From Tannockella kyphosi (GTDB lineage Bacteria > Bacillota_I > Bacilli_A > Erysipelotrichales > Coprobacillaceae): 32,000 nucleotides of DNA. The stretch spans positions 570,001-602,000 of the forward strand of contig NZ_CP088239.1 in the NCBI RefSeq assembly GCF_021054785.1. The letters run 5' to 3'. Shown piece after piece: positions 17,934 through 26,321 of the stretch. The notes under the pieces were generated by a model. That model had not been told where the DNA came from and searched no databases. It saw only the letters and a list, made by a program, of their open reading frames with translations. Positions within the stretch are counted from its first letter, which is position 1. The number at the start of each line of letters is the position of its first letter. The position numbers and the translations under genes were made by a program.

Positions 17934-18379
17934 TGGTACATATACATAGAAGAGATTTAACTGTATTTTATGTTTGTAGAAATGGGATAGCAACTTTTAT
18001 GATTACATTGGTTTCTTTTCTGTTTACGATAGCTGATTATTATCATCAAGATATTATTTATGCTTTTCAAAGAATTTTTATGAATAACTTATATAGCTTT
18101 TTGTTTTTTGGATTAGTATGGTTATTAAATTATTTGTTATTTGAATTATATAAAACAGGATTAGAATTATTAGAGTTTTTTATAAAAAATAAAATAATTA
18201 TTTCTTGCATTACATTATTTGATATTATTGCATTGATGATTCCTTGTTTTGTGATTCTTTCTTTTGTATTAGTAGGACATGATAGCGTGCTGGAATTAAA
18301 TGGTGTGTTTTTAGGGCTTTTTATGTTTGCAAGAGCGTTAAGGCAAGTAGTAAAAGCATATAAGAAAGAACAATCCTAG
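17933..18379 (+). CDS. Hypothetical small polytopic membrane protein (about 4 TM)
   Basis: Its start overlaps the upstream stop (TAATG), which suggests translational coupling. Several hydrophobic helices and a basic C-tail. I recognise no family. Confidence 0.55.
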   Translation: MVHIHRRDLTVFYVCRNGIATFMITLVSFLFTIADYYHQDIIYAFQRIFMNNLYSFLFFGLVWLLNYLLFELYKTGLELLEFFIKNKIIISCITLFDIIALMIPCFVILSFVLVGHDSVLELNGVFLGLFMFARALRQVVKAYKKEQS

Positions 18380-18391
18380 GATTGTTCTTTT
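18365..18391. terminator. Bidirectional terminator shared by the 17933-18379 ORF and sspI
   Basis: Perfect palindrome AAAGAACAATC-CTAG-GATTGTTCTTT. The + gene stop TAG sits in the loop and the sspI stop abuts the 3' arm. Confidence 0.6.
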
Positions 18392-18599
18392 AGGCTAATA
18401 GGGAAGACAGTGTTGAAAGTAGACTTTCTTTTTGATGTTCATTTAGTTGAACATAATACTCTTCAAATAAAACACCTAACCCTGGTAAAATAGTTTCTTC
18501 TTTCGAATTAATCCCATCTTGAATAATATCTTTTAATTGGGCACTAGTACTTCCGTGTAGCTTTTCTAGTAATGCAACTCGAATATTCATTTCCTTCAC
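18390..18599 (-). CDS. sspI: Small acid-soluble spore protein SspI
   Basis: 69 aa. The central block EETILPGLGVLFEE matches the conserved EEKMLPGLGVLFE core of Bacillus SspI. RBS AAAGGAGTG upstream, with a sigma-G-like promoter beyond it. Confidence 0.8.
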   Translation of the reverse strand: MKEMNIRVALLEKLHGSTSAQLKDIIQDGINSKEETILPGLGVLFEEYYVQLNEHQKESLLSTLSSLLA

Positions 18600-18623
18600 T
18601 CCTTTGTTAAAGTATGCTACAAT
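18595..18623 (+). promoter_or_regulatory. Possible sigma-A promoter for the ygjP-like and trmH-like genes
   Basis: TTCACT (18595-18600, overlapping the sspI start codon), a 17 nt spacer, then extended -10 TGcTACAAT (18615-18623). Confidence 0.4.
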
Positions 18624-18638
18624 GATTAAGAAATATAC
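18610..18638 (-). promoter_or_regulatory. Forespore sigma-G-type promoter of sspI
   Basis: On the - strand: GTATA, a 17 nt spacer, CATACTT. This fits the consensus GHATR-N17/18-CATXHTA except for the last base. Confidence 0.5.
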
Positions 18639-18644
18639 GAGGTA

Positions 18645-19310
18645 ATGATGAAAAAAAACATTTTATTAAACAATCAAATATATTCTTATACAATAACTAG
18701 AAAACATCAAAAAAACTGTTATTTAAGAGTAAATGGTGGAGAAATAAAAGTCAGTGCTCCAATCGGGTTATCAATTGATAAAATAGAACAATTTATTATT
18801 ACTAATACAGATGCTCTAGTGCAAGCACTAGATCAATTTGTTAGTCATTATGATTATTCAAATGGGGGATATGTTACTATTTATGGCAAAAGATACCCAA
18901 TACGATTAGAAGATAGAAAACAATTACATTGTGATATCATAGAAGGAATAATGGTTGTAAATCATGTGAATATTGAAAAAGTAGTATCGTTATATTTAAA
19001 AAAAGAATTATATAATTATTGTGTGGTAAGAACCAAAGAAATAATAGAAGCTTGTTTTCATTTTAAACAACCTTCTATTGAAATAAAAAAATATAAAAGT
19101 AGATGGGGAAGTTATTATCATGGAATACATAAAATAACATTGAACCAATCTTTAGTCCATTTACCAAAAGACTTAATAGATTATGTCATTGTCCATGAAC
19201 TATGTCATGTATTACAAAAAAATCATTCTAAGCTATTTTATCATGAAGTCGCATTAAGAATGCCAGATTATAAACAAAGAGAACAAAGGTTAAAAAAGGA
19301 AAATATATGA
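18645..19310 (+). CDS. YgjP-like (DUF45/M48-related) zinc metallohydrolase
   Basis: SRWGSY motif and HEXXH site VIVHELCHVLQKNHS. The start may be ATG 18645 or 18648 (tandem ATGATG). Confidence 0.8.
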   Translation: MMKKNILLNNQIYSYTITRKHQKNCYLRVNGGEIKVSAPIGLSIDKIEQFIITNTDALVQALDQFVSHYDYSNGGYVTIYGKRYPIRLEDRKQLHCDIIEGIMVVNHVNIEKVVSLYLKKELYNYCVVRTKEIIEACFHFKQPSIEIKKYKSRWGSYYHGIHKITLNQSLVHLPKDLIDYVIVHELCHVLQKNHSKLFYHEVALRMPDYKQREQRLKKENI

Positions 19311-20011
19311 TTACATCACTTACTAATTCAACAATTAAAGAACTAATGAAATTAAAACAAAAGAAATATCGTACAAAACACTATTTAGTAGAGGGAGAAC
19401 ATTTAGTAGAAGAGGCATTGAAGAATGGGGTAGTAGAACAAATTATTAGTACAAAAGAAATAGATCATAATACATTAGTTGTATCTCCTGAAGTAATGGA
19501 AAAACTTGCCTTCACTCCTTCTCCACAATCTATTATGGCTAAATGTAAAATAGTAGTACAAGACTTTGATTGTACTAAAAAGAAATATTTATTATTAGAC
19601 CGATTACAAGATCCTGGTAATGTTGGAACATTGGTTCGCAGTGCGTTAGCTTTTGGATATGATCAAGTTATTTTATCGAATCAATCAGTAGATTTATATA
19701 ATGATAAAGTGTTACGTTCAATGCAAGGAGCACATTTCTCTATTGCTTGTATTTATGGTTCTTTAGAAGAGGTGGTTGGTATGTTACAACATCAAGGAGT
19801 ATATGTGGTAGGAACTGCTTTAGAAAATGGACAGGATATTGCTTGTATTGAAAAACATGAAAAAATGGCTATTATTATGGGGAATGAAGGAAATGGAATG
19901 GAGCTTAAGTTGTTGCAACAATGTGATGCAATTGGTTATATTCCAATTCATACAATTGAATCTCTAAATGTAGCGATAGCAGGTGGTATAATGATGTATC
20001 ATTATAAATAA
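19307..20011 (+). CDS. TrmH/SpoU-family RNA 2'-O-methyltransferase (YsgA-like)
   Basis: SPOUT motifs LQDPGNVGTLVRSALAFG, IIMGNEGNGM and ESLNVAIAGGIMMY. ATGA overlap with the upstream gene. Lies upstream of pheST. Confidence 0.85.
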   Translation: MITSLTNSTIKELMKLKQKKYRTKHYLVEGEHLVEEALKNGVVEQIISTKEIDHNTLVVSPEVMEKLAFTPSPQSIMAKCKIVVQDFDCTKKKYLLLDRLQDPGNVGTLVRSALAFGYDQVILSNQSVDLYNDKVLRSMQGAHFSIACIYGSLEEVVGMLQHQGVYVVGTALENGQDIACIEKHEKMAIIMGNEGNGMELKLLQQCDAIGYIPIHTIESLNVAIAGGIMMYHYK

Positions 20012-20014
20012 GTC

Positions 20015-20042
20015 TTGAAAAGATAATGATATTTGATATAAT
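20015..20042 (+). promoter_or_regulatory. Sigma-A promoter of the pheST leader
   Basis: TTGAAA (20015-20020), a 16 nt spacer, then extended -10 TGaTATAAT (20034-20042). Confidence 0.6.
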
Positions 20043-20048
20043 AGTTAA

Positions 20049-20272
20049 GAAATACGTTGATGAGGACTAGTACATATAGAAAATTGTTAAAGAGAAGAAA
20101 GTATTGCTGAAAGCTTTCTACAAGGACTATATCGAATTCACCTTGGAGTGCGACTAATTATCGCCGTAAACACTACGTTACAGTGAATTAAGGGCATAGT
20201 AGAAATACTATGAATTAGGATGGTACCGCGATTTAATCGTTCCTATTTTTAGGAGCGATTTTTATTTTAGGA
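20049..20272 (+). promoter_or_regulatory. T-box riboswitch leader, Phe (UUC) specifier
   Basis: Stem I elements AGAGAAG...AGUA...GCUGAAAGC. Specifier context GAA-UUC-A, with TTC at 20137-20139. F-box-like CGUUA. T-box sequence AATTAGGATGGTACCGCG (20213-20230). Terminator AATCGTTCCT/AGGAGCGATT followed by TTTTTATTTT (20234-20268), directly before the pheS RBS. Confidence 0.88.
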
Positions 20273-20280
20273 GGAAAAAT

Positions 20281-21315
20281 ATGGATGAATTATTAAAAAT
20301 TAAAGAAGAGGCATTAGCTAAAATAGAAGCATGTACTAATTTGTCTTCTTTAAATGATGTAAGAGTTGTTTATTTAGGGAAAAAAGGTCCTATTCAAGAT
20401 GCAATGAAATCTATGAAAAATATGGCACCAGAAGAACGTGCTAGTTTTGGACAAGTATCAAACCAAGTAAAACAAGAAATTACACAAGCAATTGAAGTAA
20501 AGAAAGAAGTATTAGAAAAAGCTGTTTTATTAGAGAAACTAAGTAAAGAGAATATAGATATTACTTTACCAAGTAACTTCATTCCCTTAGGATCATTACA
20601 TCCTTTAACAGTAGTAGCTCGTGATATTGAAGAGTTATTCTTAGGAATGGGATATACGATTGAAAGTGGTCCAGAAGTAGAAAGTGATCACTATAACTTT
20701 GAATTAATGAATTTACCAAAAGACCATCCTGCAAGAGATATGCAAGATACTTTCTATATTGATGAAAATACATTAATGAGAACACATACTTCACCTGTGC
20801 AAGCTAGAACCATGCTTGCAGCCAAAGGAGAGGGTCCTATTAAAGTTATTTGTCCTGGTAAAACATATCGTCGTGATGATGATGATGCTACGCATTCACA
20901 TCAATTTATGCAATGTGAAGGTTTAGTAATTGATAAAAATATTACAATGGCTGATTTAAAAGGTACATTAGAAGTATTCGCTAAAAAAATGTTTGGTCAA
21001 AAACGTCAAATTCGTTTACGTCCTTCTTATTTCCCTTTTACAGAACCATCTGTAGAGGTAGATATTAGTTGTCATAATTGTGAAGGAAAAGGATGTCCAA
21101 TGTGTAAACATACTGGATGGATTGAAGTATTAGGTGCTGGTATGGTAAACCCACATGTATTAGAGATGTGTGGATTTGATCCTTTGGTTTATCAAGGATT
21201 TGCTTTTGGTATCGGAATGGAACGTGTAGCGATGTTAAAATACGGTATTGATAATATCCGTTATTTCTATAACGATGATTTAAGATTCTTAGGACAGTTT
21301 AGTAGAAAGGGATAA
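20281..21315 (+). CDS. pheS: Phenylalanine--tRNA ligase alpha subunit
   Basis: 344 aa. Class II motifs ([26 protein letters not shown]-like [31 protein letters not shown]). Confidence 0.97.
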   Translation: MDELLKIKEEALAKIEACTNLSSLNDVRVVYLGKKGPIQDAMKSMKNMAPEERASFGQVSNQVKQEITQAIEVKKEVLEKAVLLEKLSKENIDITLPSNFIPLGSLHPLTVVARDIEELFLGMGYTIESGPEVESDHYNFELMNLPKDHPARDMQDTFYIDENTLMRTHTSPVQARTMLAAKGEGPIKVICPGKTYRRDDDDATHSHQFMQCEGLVIDKNITMADLKGTLEVFAKKMFGQKRQIRLRPSYFPFTEPSVEVDISCHNCEGKGCPMCKHTGWIEVLGAGMVNPHVLEMCGFDPLVYQGFAFGIGMERVAMLKYGIDNIRYFYNDDLRFLGQFSRKG

Positions 21316-21320
21316 AGAGT

Positions 21321-23708
21321 ATGAATGTAAGTTTACGTGTATTAAATAACTACGTGAAAGTAGATGATATAGAACCAATTGATTTAGCGAATAAAATTAC
21401 TTCTGTTGGATTGGAAGTAGAGGGACTTCACTCACTAGCAAAAGGAACAAAGTTAGTAGTTGGATATGTCCATGAATGTCGTCCTCACTGTGATAGTGAT
21501 CATTTAAATGTTTGTTTAGTAGAAGTTGCACCAGGAATAAAACAACAAATAGTATGTGGTGCTCCTAATGTTGCTGCTAAACAAAAAGTAATTGTTGCAC
21601 TACCAGGATGTGATTTAGGAGAAGGATTTGTTATTAAAGAAAGTAAAATTCGTGGTGAAGAATCAAATGGGATGATTTGTTCTTTAGGGGAATTAGGTAT
21701 TGATAGTCGTTTTTTAAATGATGAACAAAGAGCAGGAATTGAGATTTTACCTACTGATGCACCAATAGGACAAGAGGCATTAGTTTATTTAGGATTAGAA
21801 GATACTATTTTAGATATCGGTTTAACTCCTAATCGTTCTGATTGTATGGCATTAACAGCTTTAGCATATGAAGTAGGTGCTGTTTTAAATAGACCCGTAT
21901 TGATACCAACAGTAAGTGTGGGAAGTACGTTAGAAAGTGATGTTCAAGTTGAAATAGCAACTGATAAATGTTCTTTCTTTGGAGCAAAAGTAGTAAAAGG
22001 TGTTGTTACAAAAGAATCACCTTTATGGTTAAAAAATACATTGATTGCTAGTGGTATTAAACCAATTAATAACATTGTAGATATTTCTAATTATGTTATG
22101 TTAGAAACAGGACAACCAATTCATATGTATGATTATGATAAATTAGTTGAAAAGAAATTTATCGTTAAAACAGGATACTCACAAGAAAAAACACTATTAG
22201 ATGGATTAGATTATAAAATTGAAGAAAATGATGTTGTAGTGAGTGTTGATGATAAAATTGGATGTATTGCTGGAGTTATGGGTTCAGATGATACAAAAAT
22301 TGAAGATACTACTACCAATATTGTCATTGAAGCTGCCACTTTTGATGGAGCAAGTTTACGTAATACTGCAAGAAGATTAAACTTATTAACGGATGCTAGC
22401 CAACATTATATTAAAGGAGCTATTGATACAGCAAAATCTTTCTATGTATTAGATCGTTGTGCATCTTTATTACAAGAATTAGCACAAGCAAGTGAAATTT
22501 ACCAAACAGTAGCTAGTGACTACACTCCTGAAACAAAAGTAATCGCTTTACAAACAAGTAGAGTAAATGGATTATTAGGAACTGATATTACTAGTGAGGA
22601 AGTAAAAGATATTTTCACAAGTCTTTGTTTTGAATATACATATAGTGATGATAGCTTTGAAGTTGTAGTACCAACGTATCGTAATGATATTACAATGGAA
22701 GCTGATTTAATTGAAGAAGTAGCAAGAATGTATGGTTATGACAATATCCCATCATCATTGCCTACCATGTCAATGACACAAGGAAATTACACAGAAATTC
22801 AATCAAAAGAAAACTTAATTAAGAATACATTAGTAGATTTAGGTTTACATGAAACATTAACATATACATTAACTTCACCAACAACAGTCGATGATTTTAA
22901 CTTATTTCATGCAAAAGAAAATATAACACTAATGTCTCCTTTAGGAGAAGAAAGAAGTGTTTGTCGTAAATCACTTATTCCTTCTTTATTACAAGTAATC
23001 AATTATAACTTATCACATGCAAATAAAGATGTTGGAATCTTTGAGATTTCTAATAGTTATAGTGATAATGAAATTAAATCATTAGCTATTGCATGTACAG
23101 GAACTTATCAATCTTTACCTTGGCAACAAATGAATCAAGCCTTTGATTTCTATGTTGTAAAAGGGTTAGTAGATACTTTATTTAAAAAATTAACGATTGA
23201 AGAATCTCGTTATCAATTAAAACGTGTCGAAGTTGATAATCCGTATTTCCACCCAGGTAGAAGTGGTTATATTATGATGGGTAAAGAAATAGTAGGGGTT
23301 GTAGGACAAGTACATCCTAGTATGCAAAAAAATTATGGTGTTAAAGCTACTTATGTGGCAGAAGTTAACTTAACTACATTATTAAACTTAAAAACTAGAG
23401 CATTGAAATTTGAATCAATTCCAATGTATCCATCTGTATCAAGAGATTTAGCGTTAGTTATGGATGAAGATATTGCAAGTTATGATATTACTAGATGTAT
23501 TCAAAAAGCTGGAAAACGTTTAGTCAAAGATACGACTATTTTTGATGTTTATGTTGGAGAGCATATTGAAACTGGTAAAAAATCAGTAGCAGTATCAATG
23601 GTTTTCCAAGATCCTACAAAAACATTAGATGAAGCAACCATTAATGCAACTGTAGAACAAATCTTAGCAGCCTTACAAAAAGAATATAATGCAGTATTAA
23701 GAGCATAA
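21321..23708 (+). CDS. pheT: Phenylalanine--tRNA ligase beta subunit
   Basis: 795 aa. N-terminal tRNA-binding OB domain (CGAPNV, SNGMICS), B3/4 and B5 domains, and a C-terminal FDX-ACB domain. Follows pheS by 5 nt. Confidence 0.97.
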   Translation: MNVSLRVLNNYVKVDDIEPIDLANKITSVGLEVEGLHSLAKGTKLVVGYVHECRPHCDSDHLNVCLVEVAPGIKQQIVCGAPNVAAKQKVIVALPGCDLGEGFVIKESKIRGEESNGMICSLGELGIDSRFLNDEQRAGIEILPTDAPIGQEALVYLGLEDTILDIGLTPNRSDCMALTALAYEVGAVLNRPVLIPTVSVGSTLESDVQVEIATDKCSFFGAKVVKGVVTKESPLWLKNTLIASGIKPINNIVDISNYVMLETGQPIHMYDYDKLVEKKFIVKTGYSQEKTLLDGLDYKIEENDVVVSVDDKIGCIAGVMGSDDTKIEDTTTNIVIEAATFDGASLRNTARRLNLLTDASQHYIKGAIDTAKSFYVLDRCASLLQELAQASEIYQTVASDYTPETKVIALQTSRVNGLLGTDITSEEVKDIFTSLCFEYTYSDDSFEVVVPTYRNDITMEADLIEEVARMYGYDNIPSSLPTMSMTQGNYTEIQSKENLIKNTLVDLGLHETLTYTLTSPTTVDDFNLFHAKENITLMSPLGEERSVCRKSLIPSLLQVINYNLSHANKDVGIFEISNSYSDNEIKSLAIACTGTYQSLPWQQMNQAFDFYVVKGLVDTLFKKLTIEESRYQLKRVEVDNPYFHPGRSGYIMMGKEIVGVVGQVHPSMQKNYGVKATYVAEVNLTTLLNLKTRALKFESIPMYPSVSRDLALVMDEDIASYDITRCIQKAGKRLVKDTTIFDVYVGEHIETGKKSVAVSMVFQDPTKTLDEATINATVEQILAALQKEYNAVLRA

Positions 23709-23715
23709 ATAAAAA

Positions 23716-23748
23716 AGCATCAAAATAGTAGTTCTATTCTGGTGCTTT
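23716..23748 (+). terminator. Possible first hairpin after pheT
   Basis: AGCATCAAAATAG, loop TAGTT, CTATTCTGGTGCT. The stem is imperfect (wobbles and one mismatch) and the U-tail is weak. Confidence 0.35.
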
Positions 23749-23756
23749 ATAATAAC

Positions 23757-23789
23757 AAAAGACCTGTGATTAAAATCATAGGTCTTTTT
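23757..23789. terminator. Bidirectional terminator shared by pheT and tmcAL
   Basis: AAAAGACCTGTGATT, loop AAA, ATCATAGGTCTTTT, with T-runs on both strands. The tmcAL stop codon (23776-23778) lies inside the 3' arm. Confidence 0.7.
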
Positions 23790-24939
23790 GTGTAGTTATC
23801 ATGATAGGAATATTTTTATATTCACTTTCAATAATAGATGTTGGATTGGATGAAATACATGACATTAATTTTGTTGCTTTCATTTCTATTTCTAAGGCTG
23901 GATGTTTATGGCTAGAAAAAGTAGAAACAAGAGTATACTTACAATCCTTTTTTATTTTATTTAAATATTTTTTACCATTATCATTCATTCCTAGAATACG
24001 CAGGTAGTCTACATTTTTAGCTAGTTCTATTTCTTTAGAAGTGTTATTCATTAAAATATGAATAATCATTCTTTGAATTCTACCTCTTGTATATCTTTTA
24101 GAAGTTAAGCTAGTAACAAATTGTTCCATGTTGGAAGCATCCTGTATTTTTTTTAGTAATTGATTTTCAATTCCTTCTTCGACTAAGTGTAATTGTTTTA
24201 GTTCATTAGAGGAAGTAGTTAATAATTTATATTTTAAAAGTGGAAAATATTGTTCAAAATAAAATAATTCATTTTTATATAATTGACTATTAGGTAATGT
24301 ATGTTCAATATCTTGGTTTGTTTTTAAGGCATTACGGATAGCAGAAGCACTACTTATTTGTTGAATTTCTTGGCTATGAAAGTCATTTGTTCGTTGAATA
24401 CAATGCATTTGAATAGGAAAATTGTTATCTACTACCGCTTTTACATAACTTAAACCAAGTAAGTCATTAGGGGTAACAATTGATTTATTTAAAAGCGATG
24501 ATAAAGCTTGGTTACAAGCTTCAGCATATCTTATTCCTGTCTCCATTGCTGCTTTTATTAGTTGATCATATTTTGGTTTGTTTTCTTTTATGCAATATGC
24601 AATATCATACAAGGATTGAATATCGCCACTTTCACTACCAAAAACAATATCAGTACAACCAGCTTTATGTAGTAAATCAACTGCTCCTTGGGCAAAATAA
24701 TCGGCACTTTGGATTGCATAAACAAATGGAAGTTCAATTACTAAATCAACACCATGTTCTAAAGCGACTCTTGTTCTAGACCATTTATCGATAATTGCGA
24801 CTTCTCCACGTTGAACATGATTTCCTGACATAACAACAATAATTTGATCTGCCTTCGTTATTTTACGAGCTTCTTGAATATGGTGTAAATGACCATAATG
24901 GAATGGATTATATTCAGTTATTAAACCAACTATTTTCAT
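23776..24939 (-). CDS. tmcAL: tRNA(Met) cytidine acetate ligase (YlbM/UPF0348 nucleotidyltransferase family)
   Basis: The N-terminus MKIVGLITEYNPFHYGHLHHIQEARK carries the HxGH nucleotidyltransferase motif. At 387 aa it is the typical YlbM/TmcAL length. Confidence 0.82.
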   Translation of the reverse strand: MKIVGLITEYNPFHYGHLHHIQEARKITKADQIIVVMSGNHVQRGEVAIIDKWSRTRVALEHGVDLVIELPFVYAIQSADYFAQGAVDLLHKAGCTDIVFGSESGDIQSLYDIAYCIKENKPKYDQLIKAAMETGIRYAEACNQALSSLLNKSIVTPNDLLGLSYVKAVVDNNFPIQMHCIQRTNDFHSQEIQQISSASAIRNALKTNQDIEHTLPNSQLYKNELFYFEQYFPLLKYKLLTTSSNELKQLHLVEEGIENQLLKKIQDASNMEQFVTSLTSKRYTRGRIQRMIIHILMNNTSKEIELAKNVDYLRILGMNDNGKKYLNKIKKDCKYTLVSTFSSHKHPALEIEMKATKLMSCISSNPTSIIESEYKNIPIMITTQKDL

Positions 24940-25376
24940 ATGTTACCTCTCGTTGTTTTTATTATTTTAAAAATGGTAGAAACAATTAGTATAGCAAAAG
25001 CTATCGCACCACTAATTCCTAATGTTTCAATCAAAGCATTACTAAATAAATAAGTATCTCCTAAAACACAATAATACATTGTTTGATAAATCCCTTTTCC
25101 TGGAACTAATGTAAAACATCCTACTATTAAAAATATAGTAGCTGGAGCATGAAAGCATCTAGCCATAATTTCACTAAATAAACTTACAAAACACATGGCA
25201 ACAAAAGTTTGAATAACAGGGCTATTCAATGAATTCATACTTGTATAAATAAACCAACCAGCAGTACCAGCTAATGATCCTAAAAGTGCAAAATGAATAT
25301 TATGATGAATTCTAAAAACAAAAGCAAATCCTAAACATCCAATAAATGCCCCAATACATTGTATTATTATTTCCAT
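24936..25376 (-). CDS. Threonine/serine exporter family protein, small subunit (ThrE_2/DUF3815-like)
   Basis: 146 aa and polytopic. Paired with the upstream ThrE-like gene. 4 nt overlap with tmcAL. Confidence 0.72.
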   Translation of the reverse strand: MEIIIQCIGAFIGCLGFAFVFRIHHNIHFALLGSLAGTAGWFIYTSMNSLNSPVIQTFVAMCFVSLFSEIMARCFHAPATIFLIVGCFTLVPGKGIYQTMYYCVLGDTYLFSNALIETLGISGAIAFAILIVSTIFKIIKTTRGNI

Positions 25377-25377
25377 A

Positions 25378-26127
25378 TTAACCTCCTAAAGCCATCATCA
25401 CAACACCAACACCTAAAGCAATACTTGTTGCAATTAAAATAGCCTCTAACATCCTAGTAAGACCAGATAGATATTCACCACCAATAATATCACGTAAACT
25501 ATTTGTAATAGCTACTCCTGGAACTAATACCATCAAACTACCAATGGTACATGCTTCTAAATTTTGAATGATACCAAGATAAAAAGCAAAATTACAGATC
25601 GCTGCCAGTGAAATGCTGGAAACAAAAGTTTTTACTAACAAATTTACTTCTAACTTTTCAAATATATCAAAAATGATATAAATCATAAAACCAACGAACA
25701 TCCCCAAAAGACATTCTTTAAAACCACCTCCAAAGAAAACAGTAAAAAATCCTGCAGTTAATCCATAACCAATAAAAACTTGTTGCATATAAACAGGGAT
25801 GCTTTCGATTCTTAAAATCTCTTTTTCTAATTCTTCAATAGATAATGGATTTAAACAAGTGGAGCGAATAAATTTATTTAATTCATGTAATGAATCAAGA
25901 TTGATTTTATTTTCAAAAGAACGAATTGTTTTCGATAACAATTGATTATCTTTTGATGTAGCAGATACATTTAAATAACTAGGTATTGCAAATACTTCTA
26001 CTTCTTTAAATCCATACGCTAACAGTAAACGAGTGATAGATTCTTCCACACGATATATTTCACTACCATGACGAAGTAGTAATTTTCCTATATATGTAAT
26101 ATTATTAAAAATTTTTGTATCTTCCAT
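25378..26127 (-). CDS. Threonine/serine exporter family protein, large subunit (ThrE/DUF1212-like)
   Basis: 249 aa. N-terminal soluble segment HGSEIYRVEESITRLLLAYG, typical of the family, followed by TM helices. Confidence 0.72.
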   Translation of the reverse strand: MEDTKIFNNITYIGKLLLRHGSEIYRVEESITRLLLAYGFKEVEVFAIPSYLNVSATSKDNQLLSKTIRSFENKINLDSLHELNKFIRSTCLNPLSIEELEKEILRIESIPVYMQQVFIGYGLTAGFFTVFFGGGFKECLLGMFVGFMIYIIFDIFEKLEVNLLVKTFVSSISLAAICNFAFYLGIIQNLEACTIGSLMVLVPGVAITNSLRDIIGGEYLSGLTRMLEAILIATSIALGVGVVMMALGG

Positions 26128-26148
26128 AATACCTCCAACATTAGCTAG

Positions 26149-26185
26149 AGTATAGCATATTTTAATATAGAAATGAAGAAATAAG
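26149..26185 (-). promoter_or_regulatory. Possible promoter of the thrE-thrE2-tmcAL operon
   Basis: On the - strand: TTCATT, a 17 nt spacer, then extended -10 TGcTATACT (reverse complement of 26149-26157). Confidence 0.35.
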
Positions 26186-26187
26186 GA

Positions 26188-26261
26188 AAGTTTATATTTT
26201 TGTAAAAGTTTAGTAAAATTATTCTAATAATTAGTAAATATTTAGTTAAAGTTTACTAAAA
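26188..26261. promoter_or_regulatory. Operator-like repeats upstream of the gal promoter
   Basis: AAAGTTTAGTAAAA (26205-26218) and AAAGTTTACTAAAA (26248-26261) lie 43 bp apart. Related half-copies are AAAGTTTAT (26188-26196), TTAGTAAAT (26231-26239) and TTTAGTTAAA (26241-26250). The core TTTA(G/C)TAAA is self-complementary. Confidence 0.3.
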
Positions 26262-26265
26262 AGAA

Positions 26266-26294
26266 TTGACATTTTGTACACAAAAATATACAAT
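26266..26294 (+). promoter_or_regulatory. Strong sigma-A promoter of the gal cluster
   Basis: Consensus TTGACA (26266-26271), exactly 17 nt of spacer, TACAAT (26289-26294). The spacer contains the inverted repeat TTTTGT-AC-ACAAAA (26272-26285). Confidence 0.7.
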
Positions 26295-26321
26295 AAAATA
26301 GAATAAAAGGGGAGTGACACA

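Noticed and set aside
14072-24779. Other embedded ORFs: 14072-14317 (-), 20394-20582 (-), 20579-20794 (-), 23801-24007 (+), 24480-24779 (+).
   Set aside because: They are antisense to the LRR protein, pheS and tmcAL coding regions, and there is no independent coding evidence.
26200-26220. cre (CcpA) catabolite-responsive elements near the gal, pyk2 and PTS promoters, for example TGTAAAAGTTTAGTA and TGTAAAAGAAAGATATCA at 31682.
   Set aside because: They lack the central CG and the dyad symmetry of WTGNAANCGNWNNCW. The TGAAAGCTTTCT at about 20108 is part of T-box stem I.
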